From an uncultured Ignavibacteriota bacterium (GTDB taxonomy: Bacteria > Bacteroidota > Ignavibacteria > Ignavibacteriales > Melioribacteraceae): a stretch of DNA of 64,000 bases. The notes beneath the pieces were generated by a model. That model ran no database searches. It saw only the letters and a program-made list of their open reading frames with translations, and was not told the origin of the DNA. Below, piece by piece: positions 46,668-56,125 of the stretch; the stretch's first letter is position 1; each line of letters starts with the position of its first letter. Made by a program: the position numbers and the translations under genes. The stretch spans positions 3,506 to 67,505 of the forward strand of contig CAMTXU010000024.1 in NCBI GenBank assembly GCA_947085815.1, in the 5' to 3' direction.

Positions 46668-48079
46668 AAGCGTTCTTTTATTTCTCAATATTTCTTTTTT
46701 GGGTTTCTCCTGTCTACTGCCAATCTACCGAACCGCTCGAAATTAGAGGTTCAACTTTTACCGGAAAAGTTATTAATGGTGAAACAATTCAGGAATTTGA
46801 GCGAGATGTTGTAATTACACAAGGTGCTGTGAGAATTACTTGCAATAAAGCAATTCAGTACGTTGCGCGTAATGAGGCAGAGTTGATTGGTAAAGTTACC
46901 GTAACACAAGACAGCATTGTTATTAAAACAGAACGCGGTTATTATTACGGTAATAAAAAGATTGCTCATTCTAACGCGGGATTGACTCTTAATGACGGAC
47001 ATGTCTGGCTGGAATCAAAAAACGGATACTACTATTTCGATGAAAAGCATTCCTACTTTTATGAAAATGTAAAACTTTATGATGCTGTCTCAAAGTTAAA
47101 AGCAGATCGTCTCAATTACTATGATGATAACGATAAAGCGGTTGCTGCCGGTAATGTAATGGTCAGCGATACTTCTACAACTATATTTGCCGACAGCTTA
47201 ATTCATTTCCGAAACACGGATGAATCTTTCGGATTCAACAATATCAGAATATATAATCCATCAAACAGGCTGGCGATTTTTGGAAATAAACTTGAGGATT
47301 CAGGTAAAAAAAATTATTCGAGGATAACCGAGAATCCGTTTCTTGTGCGAATTGATACAACAGATTCGGGCGCATTAGATACATTAGTAATTTCCGCAAA
47401 GACTTTGGAATCCTACGAGGACAGCACAAAAAAGTTGATTGCAACAGATTCGGTTAAAATTGTTCGTAAAAATTTTGCCTCGGTAAATGGTCAAACTTTT
47501 TATTATAAAGATGGAAATCTGATAGAAACATTCCGCAGAGAATCCGATTCTCTTCCGCCGGTAATGTGGAATGACGAAACACAAATTGTTGGCGATTCTA
47601 TAAGAATGATTATGAAAGATAATCGGCTCGAAAAAATAACGATCGACGCAAGCGCTTCCATTATTACCGCCAACAAGGATTCACTTAACCGGTTCGACCA
47701 GATCTCCGGTAAAAATATTAAATTGTTTTTTGGTAAGGAGGGGTTGGAGAAAACCGAAGTCGAAGGAAATGCACTGAGTATTTATTACATGTATGAGGAA
47801 AACGAGCCTAACGGATTAATAAAATCAAGTTCGGAACGTGCAAAATTTATTTTTGAAAAGAAAAGTGTTTCAGATGTTCGTTTCTATGGAAAACCGGTGA
47901 GTGAGTTTCATCCGGAAAATATTATAAGCGGAAAAGAAAAAGATTACACTATTCCAACATTCCGATTATTTACCAAAAAACCGACGAAAGAGAATCTTCT
48001 GCTAAACAGGAAGGATATTCTTTTTTACTTAATGAAGGATAAGCAATACTATGCCGCAAAATCTGATTCTACGAAGTGA
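46664..48079 (+). CDS. OstA/LptA-family periplasmic protein, elongated (471 aa)
   Basis: Signal peptide. Repeated OstA-like strands ([10 protein letters not shown].., [10 protein letters not shown].., IFADSLIHF..). Position between lptC and lptB. Confidence 0.6.
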   Translation: MKAFFYFSIFLFWVSPVYCQSTEPLEIRGSTFTGKVINGETIQEFERDVVITQGAVRITCNKAIQYVARNEAELIGKVTVTQDSIVIKTERGYYYGNKKIAHSNAGLTLNDGHVWLESKNGYYYFDEKHSYFYENVKLYDAVSKLKADRLNYYDDNDKAVAAGNVMVSDTSTTIFADSLIHFRNTDESFGFNNIRIYNPSNRLAIFGNKLEDSGKKNYSRITENPFLVRIDTTDSGALDTLVISAKTLESYEDSTKKLIATDSVKIVRKNFASVNGQTFYYKDGNLIETFRRESDSLPPVMWNDETQIVGDSIRMIMKDNRLEKITIDASASIITANKDSLNRFDQISGKNIKLFFGKEGLEKTEVEGNALSIYYMYEENEPNGLIKSSSERAKFIFEKKSVSDVRFYGKPVSEFHPENIISGKEKDYTIPTFRLFTKKPTKENLLLNRKDILFYLMKDKQYYAAKSDSTK

Positions 48080-48794
48080 AAAACTTAAGAAGGTTTATAA
48101 GAAGAGAGCCGTAGTTAATAATGTCTCCGTGCAAGTACAACAGGGAGAAGTGGTTGGATTGCTCGGTCCAAACGGTGCCGGTAAGACTACTACATTTTAT
48201 ATGATAGTCGGGATGATAAAACCGAATGATGGTAAAGTATTTTTAGAAGAGCTTGAAATTACGGATGAACCGATGTATAAACGGGCGAAGATGGGAATTG
48301 GATATTTACCTCAAGAAGCCTCCGTATTCAGAAGGTTGAGCGTTGAAGACAATATAATGGCGGTTCTGCAGATGATGGATCTTTCTTACGAGGAGAGAAT
48401 AGAAACGCAGGAGAAATTATTAACTGAGCTTGGAATTTTATATGTCAGAAAAAATTTGGGTTTCCAATTGAGCGGCGGTGAAAGAAGAAGGTGCGAAATT
48501 GCGCGCGCGCTTGCCACTAATCCAAAATTTATTTTACTTGATGAACCTTTCGCCGGGGTAGACCCGATTGCCGTAGAAGATATTATGAGCATTGTTGCTA
48601 ATCTGAAGAATAAAGGAATAGGAATATTAATAACCGATCACAATGTTCATGAGACGTTGAGCATTGTAGACCGTGGTTACATACTTATCAACGGACAAAT
48701 CTTCAAAGAGGGAACAGCTCACGATTTGGCTGAAGACACCGAAGTGCGGAAATTATATCTCGGTGAAAAATTTAAATTAGACCGGTATTCTTAA
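48051..48794 (+). CDS. lptB: LPS export ABC transporter ATP-binding protein LptB
   Basis: [57 protein letters not shown], and ITDHNV. Confidence 0.93.
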   Translation: MPQNLILRSEKLKKVYKKRAVVNNVSVQVQQGEVVGLLGPNGAGKTTTFYMIVGMIKPNDGKVFLEELEITDEPMYKRAKMGIGYLPQEASVFRRLSVEDNIMAVLQMMDLSYEERIETQEKLLTELGILYVRKNLGFQLSGGERRRCEIARALATNPKFILLDEPFAGVDPIAVEDIMSIVANLKNKGIGILITDHNVHETLSIVDRGYILINGQIFKEGTAHDLAEDTEVRKLYLGEKFKLDRYS

Positions 48795-49111
48795 AATACG
48801 GTAAATATGATGTAGCTGAATGCGCTGACGAATGTTAAGTAGAGGAAAATCCAGAAACTCTGCTTAATTTTTTTTATCAGAATTCTCTTCTTCAAATAAG
48901 AAATTGTAGATTCTTGATCGCGCTTGTAATCGCCTTTTTCAACAGACCATTTATAAAAGTTATTCTCTTTCACTTTCTTCATATTTCTTTCTTGAAATCG
49001 CCCCCAAAATAGCGTTAAATAATTATCCTTATAATGATGATTATCACAAACAGGTCTTGGAATAATATCATTATCGGTGAATTCAACAATCAGTTTAGAG
49101 CAAAAGCTCAC
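48791..49111 (-). CDS. Hypothetical small protein with C-terminal TM segment (weak call)
   Basis: GTG start overlaps the aldehyde dehydrogenase TGA (GTGA). C-terminal hydrophobic [21 protein letters not shown]. No homology recognised. Its 3' end overlaps the lptB stop. Confidence 0.35.
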   Translation of the reverse strand: MSFCSKLIVEFTDNDIIPRPVCDNHHYKDNYLTLFWGRFQERNMKKVKENNFYKWSVEKGDYKRDQESTISYLKKRILIKKIKQSFWIFLYLTFVSAFSYIIFTVF

Positions 49112-50700
49112 TTATTGAATTCACGAATAATTTTTTGAATCTCTTCTTCAGAAATTCCGCTTCCTAAAACTACTTTTTCAATTTTATTGCTGGATTTGCG
49201 GTTAACCTCGGCAGAAGAAATTGTATTTGGATTTCCGGCGCGTGCTCTTAATCTTTCTTCAATCTGCTTTGTAAAACTTCCTTCCTGATATCCGCTCTTT
49301 GAACTTATTGATGCAGGAAGATCAAATGAAGTAACGCATTTACCGGGATTTACCGGATTAATTTCGAATGCGAGAGTTTTAATATTCATCAAATGCTTTG
49401 CAGTAACATTTTCGGAAATTATTGAGCCGCCCCATGTGCCGGGACCTAATGTTAACGAGGGCATCAATCCCGTTGTATAACCTACCGCGCCAACAGATGA
49501 CGGTGTATTAACAACAATTCTGAATGCCGGTTTTTCAAGGGCAAACTTCATAATAATTTCTTTATCATTAGAATGAATTACCAGTGTATGACCAATACCG
49601 CCGAATTGCAATAGCTCTATACAACGATGGCATCCCTCCAGCCAGCCATCAACCGTATAGAAGGCGAGCATAGGAGAAAGTTTTTCTATTGAAAGAGGTT
49701 CGTCTTTTCCGACACTTTCGCATTCAGCCATTAGGACTTTAGTATTTTCCGGTACAGTAAAACCTGCGTAGTTCGCAATCCAAACCGCAGATTTGCCTAC
49801 TATATCAGCGTTTAATTTTGCACCGCGGGCAACTTTATTCTCTAATTTTTTCTTCTCTTCTTCGTTAACAAAGTAACAGCCTATTCGTTTTGCTTCTTCA
49901 ATTACTTTATCCCGTATCGATCGGTCTACAATCATAGCCTGTTCGGAAGAACACAATGTTCCGTTATCGAATGTAGTTCCGTAAACAATATCTGCAACAG
50001 CTTTTTGATAATTAGCGCTCTTCTCTATAAATGCCGGAACATTTCCGGAGCCAACGCCATAAGCGGGAGTACCGGAACTATATGCTGAATGAACCATCGG
50101 CATTCCGCCGGTGGCAAGAATGATTGCGATATTTTTATCTTTCATCAGCGCATTAGTTCCCTCTATAGTAGGTATGGAGAGGCAATGAATTAATCCCTTG
50201 GGAGCGCCCGCTTTTTCCGCCGCATCAGAGACAACTTTTAACGCCTCGGTTGTGCATTTAAGCGCTTTTGGATGAGGGGATACAACAATTCCGTTTCTGC
50301 ATTTCAAAGAGATTATTGCTTTGAACATAGCCGTAGAAGTGGGATTTGTTGAAGGAACGAGTGCAGCAACTACTCCCATCGGTTCAGCGATCTTAATAAC
50401 TTTTCCATCCTTCTGTACATCAATCACTCCAACTGACTTCAAATCTTTAATCGATTCCCAAACGTCTCTTGTACCAAATTGATTTTTGATGATCTTATCG
50501 GAAACTTTTCCGAAACCGGTTTCCTCGTGAGCCATTTTTGCGAGACGTTCTGCCTCTTTAAAACCCGCATCAGCCATTGCTTTTACAATTTTATCAACCT
50601 GCTCTTGATTATAGTGTTTGAATTCGAGTTGCGCCTCTTTTGCTAAAGCTGCCAGTGTCCGGGCTTCCTGAATTGATTGAAGATCTTTGTCGAAATTCAT
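49108..50700 (-). CDS. CoA-acylating aldehyde dehydrogenase (EutE/PduP/AdhE-N-terminal type) with ~85-aa C-terminal extension
   Basis: FDKDLQSIQEAR.. N-terminus, catalytic-Cys block TFDNGTLCSSEQ, GGIGHT. Start taken at ATG 50700 (MNFDKD) rather than 50748. Confidence 0.85.
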   Translation of the reverse strand: MNFDKDLQSIQEARTLAALAKEAQLEFKHYNQEQVDKIVKAMADAGFKEAERLAKMAHEETGFGKVSDKIIKNQFGTRDVWESIKDLKSVGVIDVQKDGKVIKIAEPMGVVAALVPSTNPTSTAMFKAIISLKCRNGIVVSPHPKALKCTTEALKVVSDAAEKAGAPKGLIHCLSIPTIEGTNALMKDKNIAIILATGGMPMVHSAYSSGTPAYGVGSGNVPAFIEKSANYQKAVADIVYGTTFDNGTLCSSEQAMIVDRSIRDKVIEEAKRIGCYFVNEEEKKKLENKVARGAKLNADIVGKSAVWIANYAGFTVPENTKVLMAECESVGKDEPLSIEKLSPMLAFYTVDGWLEGCHRCIELLQFGGIGHTLVIHSNDKEIIMKFALEKPAFRIVVNTPSSVGAVGYTTGLMPSLTLGPGTWGGSIISENVTAKHLMNIKTLAFEINPVNPGKCVTSFDLPASISSKSGYQEGSFTKQIEERLRARAGNPNTISSAEVNRKSSNKIEKVVLGSGISEEEIQKIIREFNK

Positions 50701-50926
50701 AAACGTACCTGTTATTATCGGATTGAAATATAAAGTAAGAGGGGACAAACTTCAATTTGAAGTTAGAAGTAATATTTTGCAGCCGGTTGTGTGAATTAAA
50801 CCCCGACATTTATGCCGGGGGACTCAAAACCACAGAGAAATAAGCTTTTCCATAGGAATCCTACGGATAGCCACAGTTATCACTTTTGTTCTGGGACTAA
50901 AGTCCGTATTGTAAATTTTTTTCTTT

Positions 50927-50950
50927 AACTCCAGTATAAATGCTGGAGTT
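50927..50950. other. 8-bp stem hairpin AACTCCAG-TATAAATG-CTGGAGTT in the 51025/50700 intergenic region
   Basis: Seen directly. A-rich upstream and T-rich downstream on the + strand. On the - strand, where the genes are, it lacks a following T-tract, so the terminator role is uncertain. Confidence 0.3.
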
Positions 50951-51024
50951 ATTTGTTCGTTGTTTATAGAATTTTTATTGTTTGTTCTAATTTACACAAC
51001 GGGTATTTTGCATATAATTTGTAG

Positions 51025-51321
51025 TTACGCTTGTTTCTTTTTTAGAAACAAATTATGAATCACATAAGCATAAACTGAGATCAAAACCATAGTTCCAATT
51101 TCTAGATAGATTTTGAGATGACGATTCTGCATTGCATCAGAGAGAGTTTTCTCTATCGGCAAAAGATATAATTCTCCAAACTTGAGAAATAAAAGACCTA
51201 AGAAGAAACATGTGAACAACCCGATGCTGAACCAGAAAAATTTATTTTTACCAACCTTTCTGGCAGAAGAATAAAACCAGGCAGCAATCAAAAAATTAAA
51301 GATAAATACTAGAATAAACAT
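51025..51321 (-). CDS. Small membrane protein (three predicted TM segments)
   Basis: 98 aa, strongly hydrophobic, 29 nt downstream of the response regulator gene on the same strand. No family recognised. Confidence 0.5.
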   Translation of the reverse strand: MFILVFIFNFLIAAWFYSSARKVGKNKFFWFSIGLFTCFFLGLLFLKFGELYLLPIEKTLSDAMQNRHLKIYLEIGTMVLISVYAYVIHNLFLKKKQA

Positions 51322-51350
51322 AATTACCCCTCTTTGATATTTGTAAGAAT

Positions 51351-52109
51351 CTATTTTATTATCTCTTTCAAATTCCGGTAACCGCTTTTACTGACAGGCA
51401 ACTTAACTCCGTCGTGAAGTAGAACACGGTAAGATTCTTTCTCGAATAGCTCGATCTGTTTAATGGCGGTAAGCTTTACAAAGTATGAGCGGTGAATGCG
51501 GATGAACTCTTTGGGATTCAAATTCTCATCAAAATATTTCATTGTTTTTTGTTTGAGGAAATTTCCTTTTCCGGTATAGAGCATAGTATAATCATCCTGC
51601 GCTTCAATATAACGGAGTTCTTCAATGGGGACGATCAAAATTTTCTGTCCCTGTTTTATTACCACACGGTCAATAAATTCATTAAGTTTTTCTACTGTTT
51701 TTACGAGACCGGATAATTCCTGCTTAGCAGGAGGAATGTGAGTGATAAGTCTTATTGCTTTACTAAGAGCCTCGGCAAATCTTACTTCCGAAAATGGTTT
51801 TAAGAGATAATCTGTGGCGTTTACCTCAAAAGCTTTGAGCGCGTATTGATCAAAGGCAGTTGTGAAGATTATTACCGGCGGAGCCTCCAGAATTTCAAGC
51901 ATTTCAAATCCGGTTAGCTTCGGCATTTGAATATCCAAAAAAATTAGATCGGGTTTTAATTCATTAATCTGCTTAATTCCCTCGAACCCGTCCGAGCATT
52001 CGGCAATCAACTCCACATTTTCAAATTTATTAAGATAGCTTTTGATAATATCGCGTCCGAGTTTTTCATCATCAATAATAATCGCTCGAATAATTTCTTT
52101 TGCTTTCAT
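51351..52109 (-). CDS. LytR/AlgR-family response regulator (REC + LytTR DNA-binding domain)
   Basis: REC domain with IIDDE..DLIFLDIQMP; C-terminal LytTR block (YIEAQDDYTMLYT.., FIRIHRSYFV). Confidence 0.9.
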   Translation of the reverse strand: MKAKEIIRAIIIDDEKLGRDIIKSYLNKFENVELIAECSDGFEGIKQINELKPDLIFLDIQMPKLTGFEMLEILEAPPVIIFTTAFDQYALKAFEVNATDYLLKPFSEVRFAEALSKAIRLITHIPPAKQELSGLVKTVEKLNEFIDRVVIKQGQKILIVPIEELRYIEAQDDYTMLYTGKGNFLKQKTMKYFDENLNPKEFIRIHRSYFVKLTAIKQIELFEKESYRVLLHDGVKLPVSKSGYRNLKEIIK

Positions 52110-52113
52110 TGGC

Positions 52114-53160
52114 TTAAACCGGTATATAAATATTTACTCTAAATAAATTATCTGTTTTTTGCACTGTCAAAAGATTCTCTTGATTATAAATAAGCTTCAG
52201 TCTATTTCTGATATTCTTTATACCAATACCTTCACCTTTTCGTGGAATTGCCTCGGGGTCGAAGTTATTCTCAATCATAATTTTAAAATATTCATTTTCC
52301 ATCGCGCATGAAAGTTTGATTGTTACTTTATCCAGGCTTTCATATACACCGTGTTTTATGGCGTTTTCAAAGATCGGCTGTAGAACCATGCTTGGTACTT
52401 CCACTTCCTCACATTCGCCCTTAGAGTCTTCAATGAAATCAAATTTATCATTAAACCGTACCTTCTCAATATCGAGGTAGAGTTTAGCGTTTGCTATCTC
52501 CTCGCTCAATTTATTTTTCTGTTTTTCATTCTTGGAAAGAACGCTTCTTAAGAAGGATGACAGTTTTATCGTCATCTCATGAGCCAACGAAGGATCTGAT
52601 ATAGTTAAAGAGCTAATCGAATTAAGGCTGTTAAATATAAAGTGAGGGTTGATCTGATACTTGAGAGTTTTTAGCTCCGCCTCTTTAACCAACGCATTCA
52701 GTTCGGCTTCTTTTAATAACTTTTCCTGAAAGTTTGTGTAGTATATAATCACATAATCAACTGCGATAATGATGGTGTAGAAAAGAATTCCTATTAAAAA
52801 TCGCCAGACTAAAGAAGCTGTAAGAAAATCTGTATAGATGTGGTTCCCATTAACTACATTTGTAACAATGTAATAACCTATTCCGATCCATATTCCGGAA
52901 GTGATAACTGCCGCGGCAATGTGATTAAGAAATATTTTGAGTGTGCTGTAATTATCCAGCGAATTAAAACTGACGGTATACCAAAGACTGATTCCGATTA
53001 CCTGATAGAGTCCGTTAAAAATAACACTATCGAGTAATGAAGGCACCGGCGGAATATTAAGAAAAAAATTTAACACACTTACATGGACGCAGAATATAAA
53101 AAACCAAACAAAACTGTATGTAACTAATACTTTTCTATTACTTATAAACGGATTACTCAT
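52114..53160 (-). CDS. LytS/YehU-type sensor histidine kinase (His_kinase + HATPase)
   Basis: Five or so N-terminal TMs, LKYQINPHFIFNSLNSI (PF06580-type H-box), and an N/G boxes region (ENAIKHG; GEGIGIKNIRNRL). Confidence 0.85.
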   Translation of the reverse strand: MSNPFISNRKVLVTYSFVWFFIFCVHVSVLNFFLNIPPVPSLLDSVIFNGLYQVIGISLWYTVSFNSLDNYSTLKIFLNHIAAAVITSGIWIGIGYYIVTNVVNGNHIYTDFLTASLVWRFLIGILFYTIIIAVDYVIIYYTNFQEKLLKEAELNALVKEAELKTLKYQINPHFIFNSLNSISSLTISDPSLAHEMTIKLSSFLRSVLSKNEKQKNKLSEEIANAKLYLDIEKVRFNDKFDFIEDSKGECEEVEVPSMVLQPIFENAIKHGVYESLDKVTIKLSCAMENEYFKIMIENNFDPEAIPRKGEGIGIKNIRNRLKLIYNQENLLTVQKTDNLFRVNIYIPV

Positions 53161-53177
53161 TCTTCACTCGCTTATTA

Positions 53178-53936
53178 TTAATATAACAGTTCGCCGCCGC
53201 CAAATAATGTAACGCCTTTTATAATCAATATACCTTCAAGGGTTTCTTCATTTTTGTAAGAAGCAAATCTTTTATCATCGAACCCGCCAAAGATTGAAGT
53301 GACGTTTAATATTACTTTCCAATTTTGAGGAACACGAATTTTCGCTCCTCCGAATAGAGTGGTTAATTCCAGAATATTTTCACCCGGCGCAAGCCTGGCT
53401 TGTGTTAGGTCCAGCTTTGTTCCGCCGAATATAGTTGTAATATTTCCTCCACGGAAATTGTCCGATAGAATTACTCTGTGAATTGAATTGAATACGCTCA
53501 CTTCATCGAGAGAATCAAAGTGCTGCGATGAGTAATTTGTGTACTGCTCTCCCTCGGCGGTTTTCTCCTTTGTGAAATGTTGACCGGATATGGAGTGTTT
53601 CCCGTTTTTGCGGAGTATAAGCCATATACCGGTGAACAAGAGAATGATGGGCCAGAAGTCGCCAAAATCGAATTCCGAAAAGATATGAAGGCGGCGTAAC
53701 AACCCGAAAGCTCCGATTCCGGCTAATATATAACCTAAAAAATTATCTTTATGATTTGATATCAATACAATTCCAACAATCAAAAAGATTGTGTGCCAAG
53801 AAAAAATTAAATGACGAATGTCGAATCCGTCGAACCAAGGAAATCCGAAATTATCCAGGAAGAATAATCCTCCAAGAACAATTAAAATTATACCTAGCCA
53901 GGTTCTTCCGTTTGTGTTCTGCATTTTAACCTCCAA
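53178..53936 (-). CDS. LiaF-like membrane protein (LiaI-LiaF-type TM region + C-terminal repeated IFGG beta-rich domain)
   Basis: N-terminal WLGIILIVLGGLFFLDNF. C-terminal repeats TTIFGGTKLDL, TTLFGGAKIRVP, TSIFGGFDDKR and VTLFGGGEL. Confidence 0.65.
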   Translation of the reverse strand: MEVKMQNTNGRTWLGIILIVLGGLFFLDNFGFPWFDGFDIRHLIFSWHTIFLIVGIVLISNHKDNFLGYILAGIGAFGLLRRLHIFSEFDFGDFWPIILLFTGIWLILRKNGKHSISGQHFTKEKTAEGEQYTNYSSQHFDSLDEVSVFNSIHRVILSDNFRGGNITTIFGGTKLDLTQARLAPGENILELTTLFGGAKIRVPQNWKVILNVTSIFGGFDDKRFASYKNEETLEGILIIKGVTLFGGGELLY

Positions 53937-53988
53937 CCTTCTTCCAACTTTGAAAAATTATAGAAACTTAATGCCGATATAACTCAGC

Positions 53989-54684
53989 CTAAAAAATTGT
54001 CTTAACCTCTCCGCCGCCGAAAATTACTAACCCTTTTATAGTAAGCAATTTGCCCTCTTGAAAAGTTTTATTTGGATCCTTACTGCGTTTATCTCCAAAT
54101 CCGCCAAAGATTGGAAGTATGTCCATCCCAATTTTCCAATCCGCCGGGACGATTATTGTTGTTCCACCAAATATGGCAGTAACCTCAATAATATTCTCAC
54201 CTGAAGCGAGTTTACAATTAGAAAGATTAATCTCCGAGCCGCCAAAGATTGAAACAATATTGCCGCCTTTAAAATTATCGGAGTAAATTACTTTGTTTCC
54301 GCCGCCGAAAATATTTACACTTTCAACGTAATCATTTCCACCGGCAGTTTGGTTTTGTGAATCTATTGAGGACTTACTTTGAAAAAATCTATTGTGTCCG
54401 CAACATCCCCTTCCAAAGATTATATAGAGACCAATCAGGACAAGCAGTAATGGCCAAAGTTCGGGGACCAGATTGAATAGTCCAATCGCCATAAAAACTA
54501 CGCTGGCGGTTTTATTACGAGAAAGGAAAAAGAAAAGTACACCGATAAGAATAAAGAAATATTCCCAGGTGATATCCTCGTAGGGGAAATCGAACAGTTC
54601 ATAGTTGCGTAATAAAAATAGACCTCCAAGCAGCATGAGTAATATTCCTATTATCACTCTTCCATGGAGTTTGGGTGTTTCCAT
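53989..54684 (-). CDS. LiaF-like membrane protein, paralog of 53178-53936
   Basis: Same architecture: IIGILLMLLGGLFLLRNY; VNIFGGGNKV, VSIFGGSEINL, TAIFGGTTIIVP, LPIFGGFGDKR, LVIFGGGEV. Confidence 0.65.
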   Translation of the reverse strand: METPKLHGRVIIGILLMLLGGLFLLRNYELFDFPYEDITWEYFFILIGVLFFFLSRNKTASVVFMAIGLFNLVPELWPLLLVLIGLYIIFGRGCCGHNRFFQSKSSIDSQNQTAGGNDYVESVNIFGGGNKVIYSDNFKGGNIVSIFGGSEINLSNCKLASGENIIEVTAIFGGTTIIVPADWKIGMDILPIFGGFGDKRSKDPNKTFQEGKLLTIKGLVIFGGGEVKTIF

Positions 54685-54859
54685 TTTATCTTCTCCTTTT
54701 TTTCATCTTCATAACTTTTGACGGTAAATCTAACGGATTGTTTCGGATTAGAGGATTAGAAATCGGTAAGTTGCCGAATAATATCGGTGAATAGATTATT
54801 GTAGGTGAAAAATATATTTACGGCTTCGCTGAGAAATCGGATTAACTAGAAAAATTAAA

Positions 54860-56125
54860 TTAGAACTCAAGAAGCTGCGCTAAATCTATTTTGCTAGAGT
54901 ATTTTTCACTCTTGAAAGTCTCAATCATAGCTTCCATAGGAAAAACTTTACTGTAATTTAAGTAATACAATAGAGCGTACAACGAAACGTTTTTACTCGA
55001 AGTTTTACTTCTGAAATCGTGATTAATAATTTTTGCTTCGGTTTCCGGCAGGGTTAAACTGATATCGCTGAATATAATTCCCTCTTTGGAATTTTTAATA
55101 GTAGAATATGAATAATCGAGCCCTTCTTCCGATGTTACAATTATTGCATCCATCTCAGCAGTTCCGGTATAAAAAATCTCGGTAGGAGAAATTATTATAT
55201 CGGAAGAGGAGAAGCCAACTCCAACAGTAACCGGGTAACTTCCTTTTTTTGTTACATTCAATCCGGAAGCTATTGCGGCTTTAGCAAATAATTCTGCGGC
55301 GGTCTGAACTCCTTCACCCGCAGAACCACTAATAACTATTTTGACCGGTTTGGTAAGACTCGAACAATAATTGGTGGGGATAGAGTTTTTGCTGTCAATC
55401 AAAGAAGGTGTATCACTTCTATATTCTGTCTTGAAGGTTTCAACATTTTGATCGACTAATATTTTTACTTCCAGACCGGCATCCTCCACAACATTTTTTA
55501 ATTTCATTCCGGGATTAGATTTTACACCGTAGCTCGGGCAGATTTCCATGACTTCAACAAGTGAGAATCCTTTTTTTGAAAATGCCGATGAAAGCATAGC
55601 GGAAAAATCAGTAGTTGCAATAACCCTGCTTACAAAAGCGGCACCAGCTAATGCGGCTATTTGGCATATATCATAGGCTTTTCGTTTTGTTCCATTATGA
55701 GCAATTGTAGTATTAAAACCGGATGGAGTAAATTCACTCGGCTGTCCGCCGGTCATTCCGTATAACATGTTATTATGGATAATAACAGTCATATCAAAAT
55801 TATGATGAGCCGCGTCTATAATATGCTGCATACCAATCGTAGCGCCGCCGTCTCCAATGAGAACAATAATTTTTTTATCGGGATTATTTAATCCGGCAGA
55901 TATGCCCGAAGCCAGCGAGACGGATCGTCCGTGTAATCCATGAATAGTGTGGGTTTTAAAACACTTATCAATTATTCCATGACAACCTATATCTGTAACT
56001 ATGACGACATCATGAAGAGAATAATTATTTTTTTGCAAAGCCATGTCAATGTTATTCGCGATTAAAGAATGACCGCAACCTTTACAAAACGGAAGTTCCC
56101 CTTCCTCTAAAAATTTTTTAAACAT
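54860..56125 (-). CDS. 2-oxoacid:ferredoxin oxidoreductase, fused beta (TPP-binding) + gamma subunit
   Basis: N-half CKGCGH.., IGCHG, GDGGATIGMQH (TPP motif). C-half VKIVISGSAGEGVQTAAELFAKAAIASG is the gamma-subunit signature. Confidence 0.85.
   Translation of the reverse strand: MFKKFLEEGELPFCKGCGHSLIANNIDMALQKNNYSLHDVVIVTDIGCHGIIDKCFKTHTIHGLHGRSVSLASGISAGLNNPDKKIIVLIGDGGATIGMQHIIDAAHHNFDMTVIIHNNMLYGMTGGQPSEFTPSGFNTTIAHNGTKRKAYDICQIAALAGAAFVSRVIATTDFSAMLSSAFSKKGFSLVEVMEICPSYGVKSNPGMKLKNVVEDAGLEVKILVDQNVETFKTEYRSDTPSLIDSKNSIPTNYCSSLTKPVKIVISGSAGEGVQTAAELFAKAAIASGLNVTKKGSYPVTVGVGFSSSDIIISPTEIFYTGTAEMDAIIVTSEEGLDYSYSTIKNSKEGIIFSDISLTLPETEAKIINHDFRSKTSSKNVSLYALLYYLNYSKVFPMEAMIETFKSEKYSSKIDLAQLLEF

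Noticed and set aside
49108-50700. Bacterial microcompartment locus around the acylating aldehyde dehydrogenase.
   Set aside because: There are no BMC-H/BMC-P shell genes, no phosphotransacylase and no signature enzyme in the window. Only the C-terminal tail observation was kept, as a low-interest finding.
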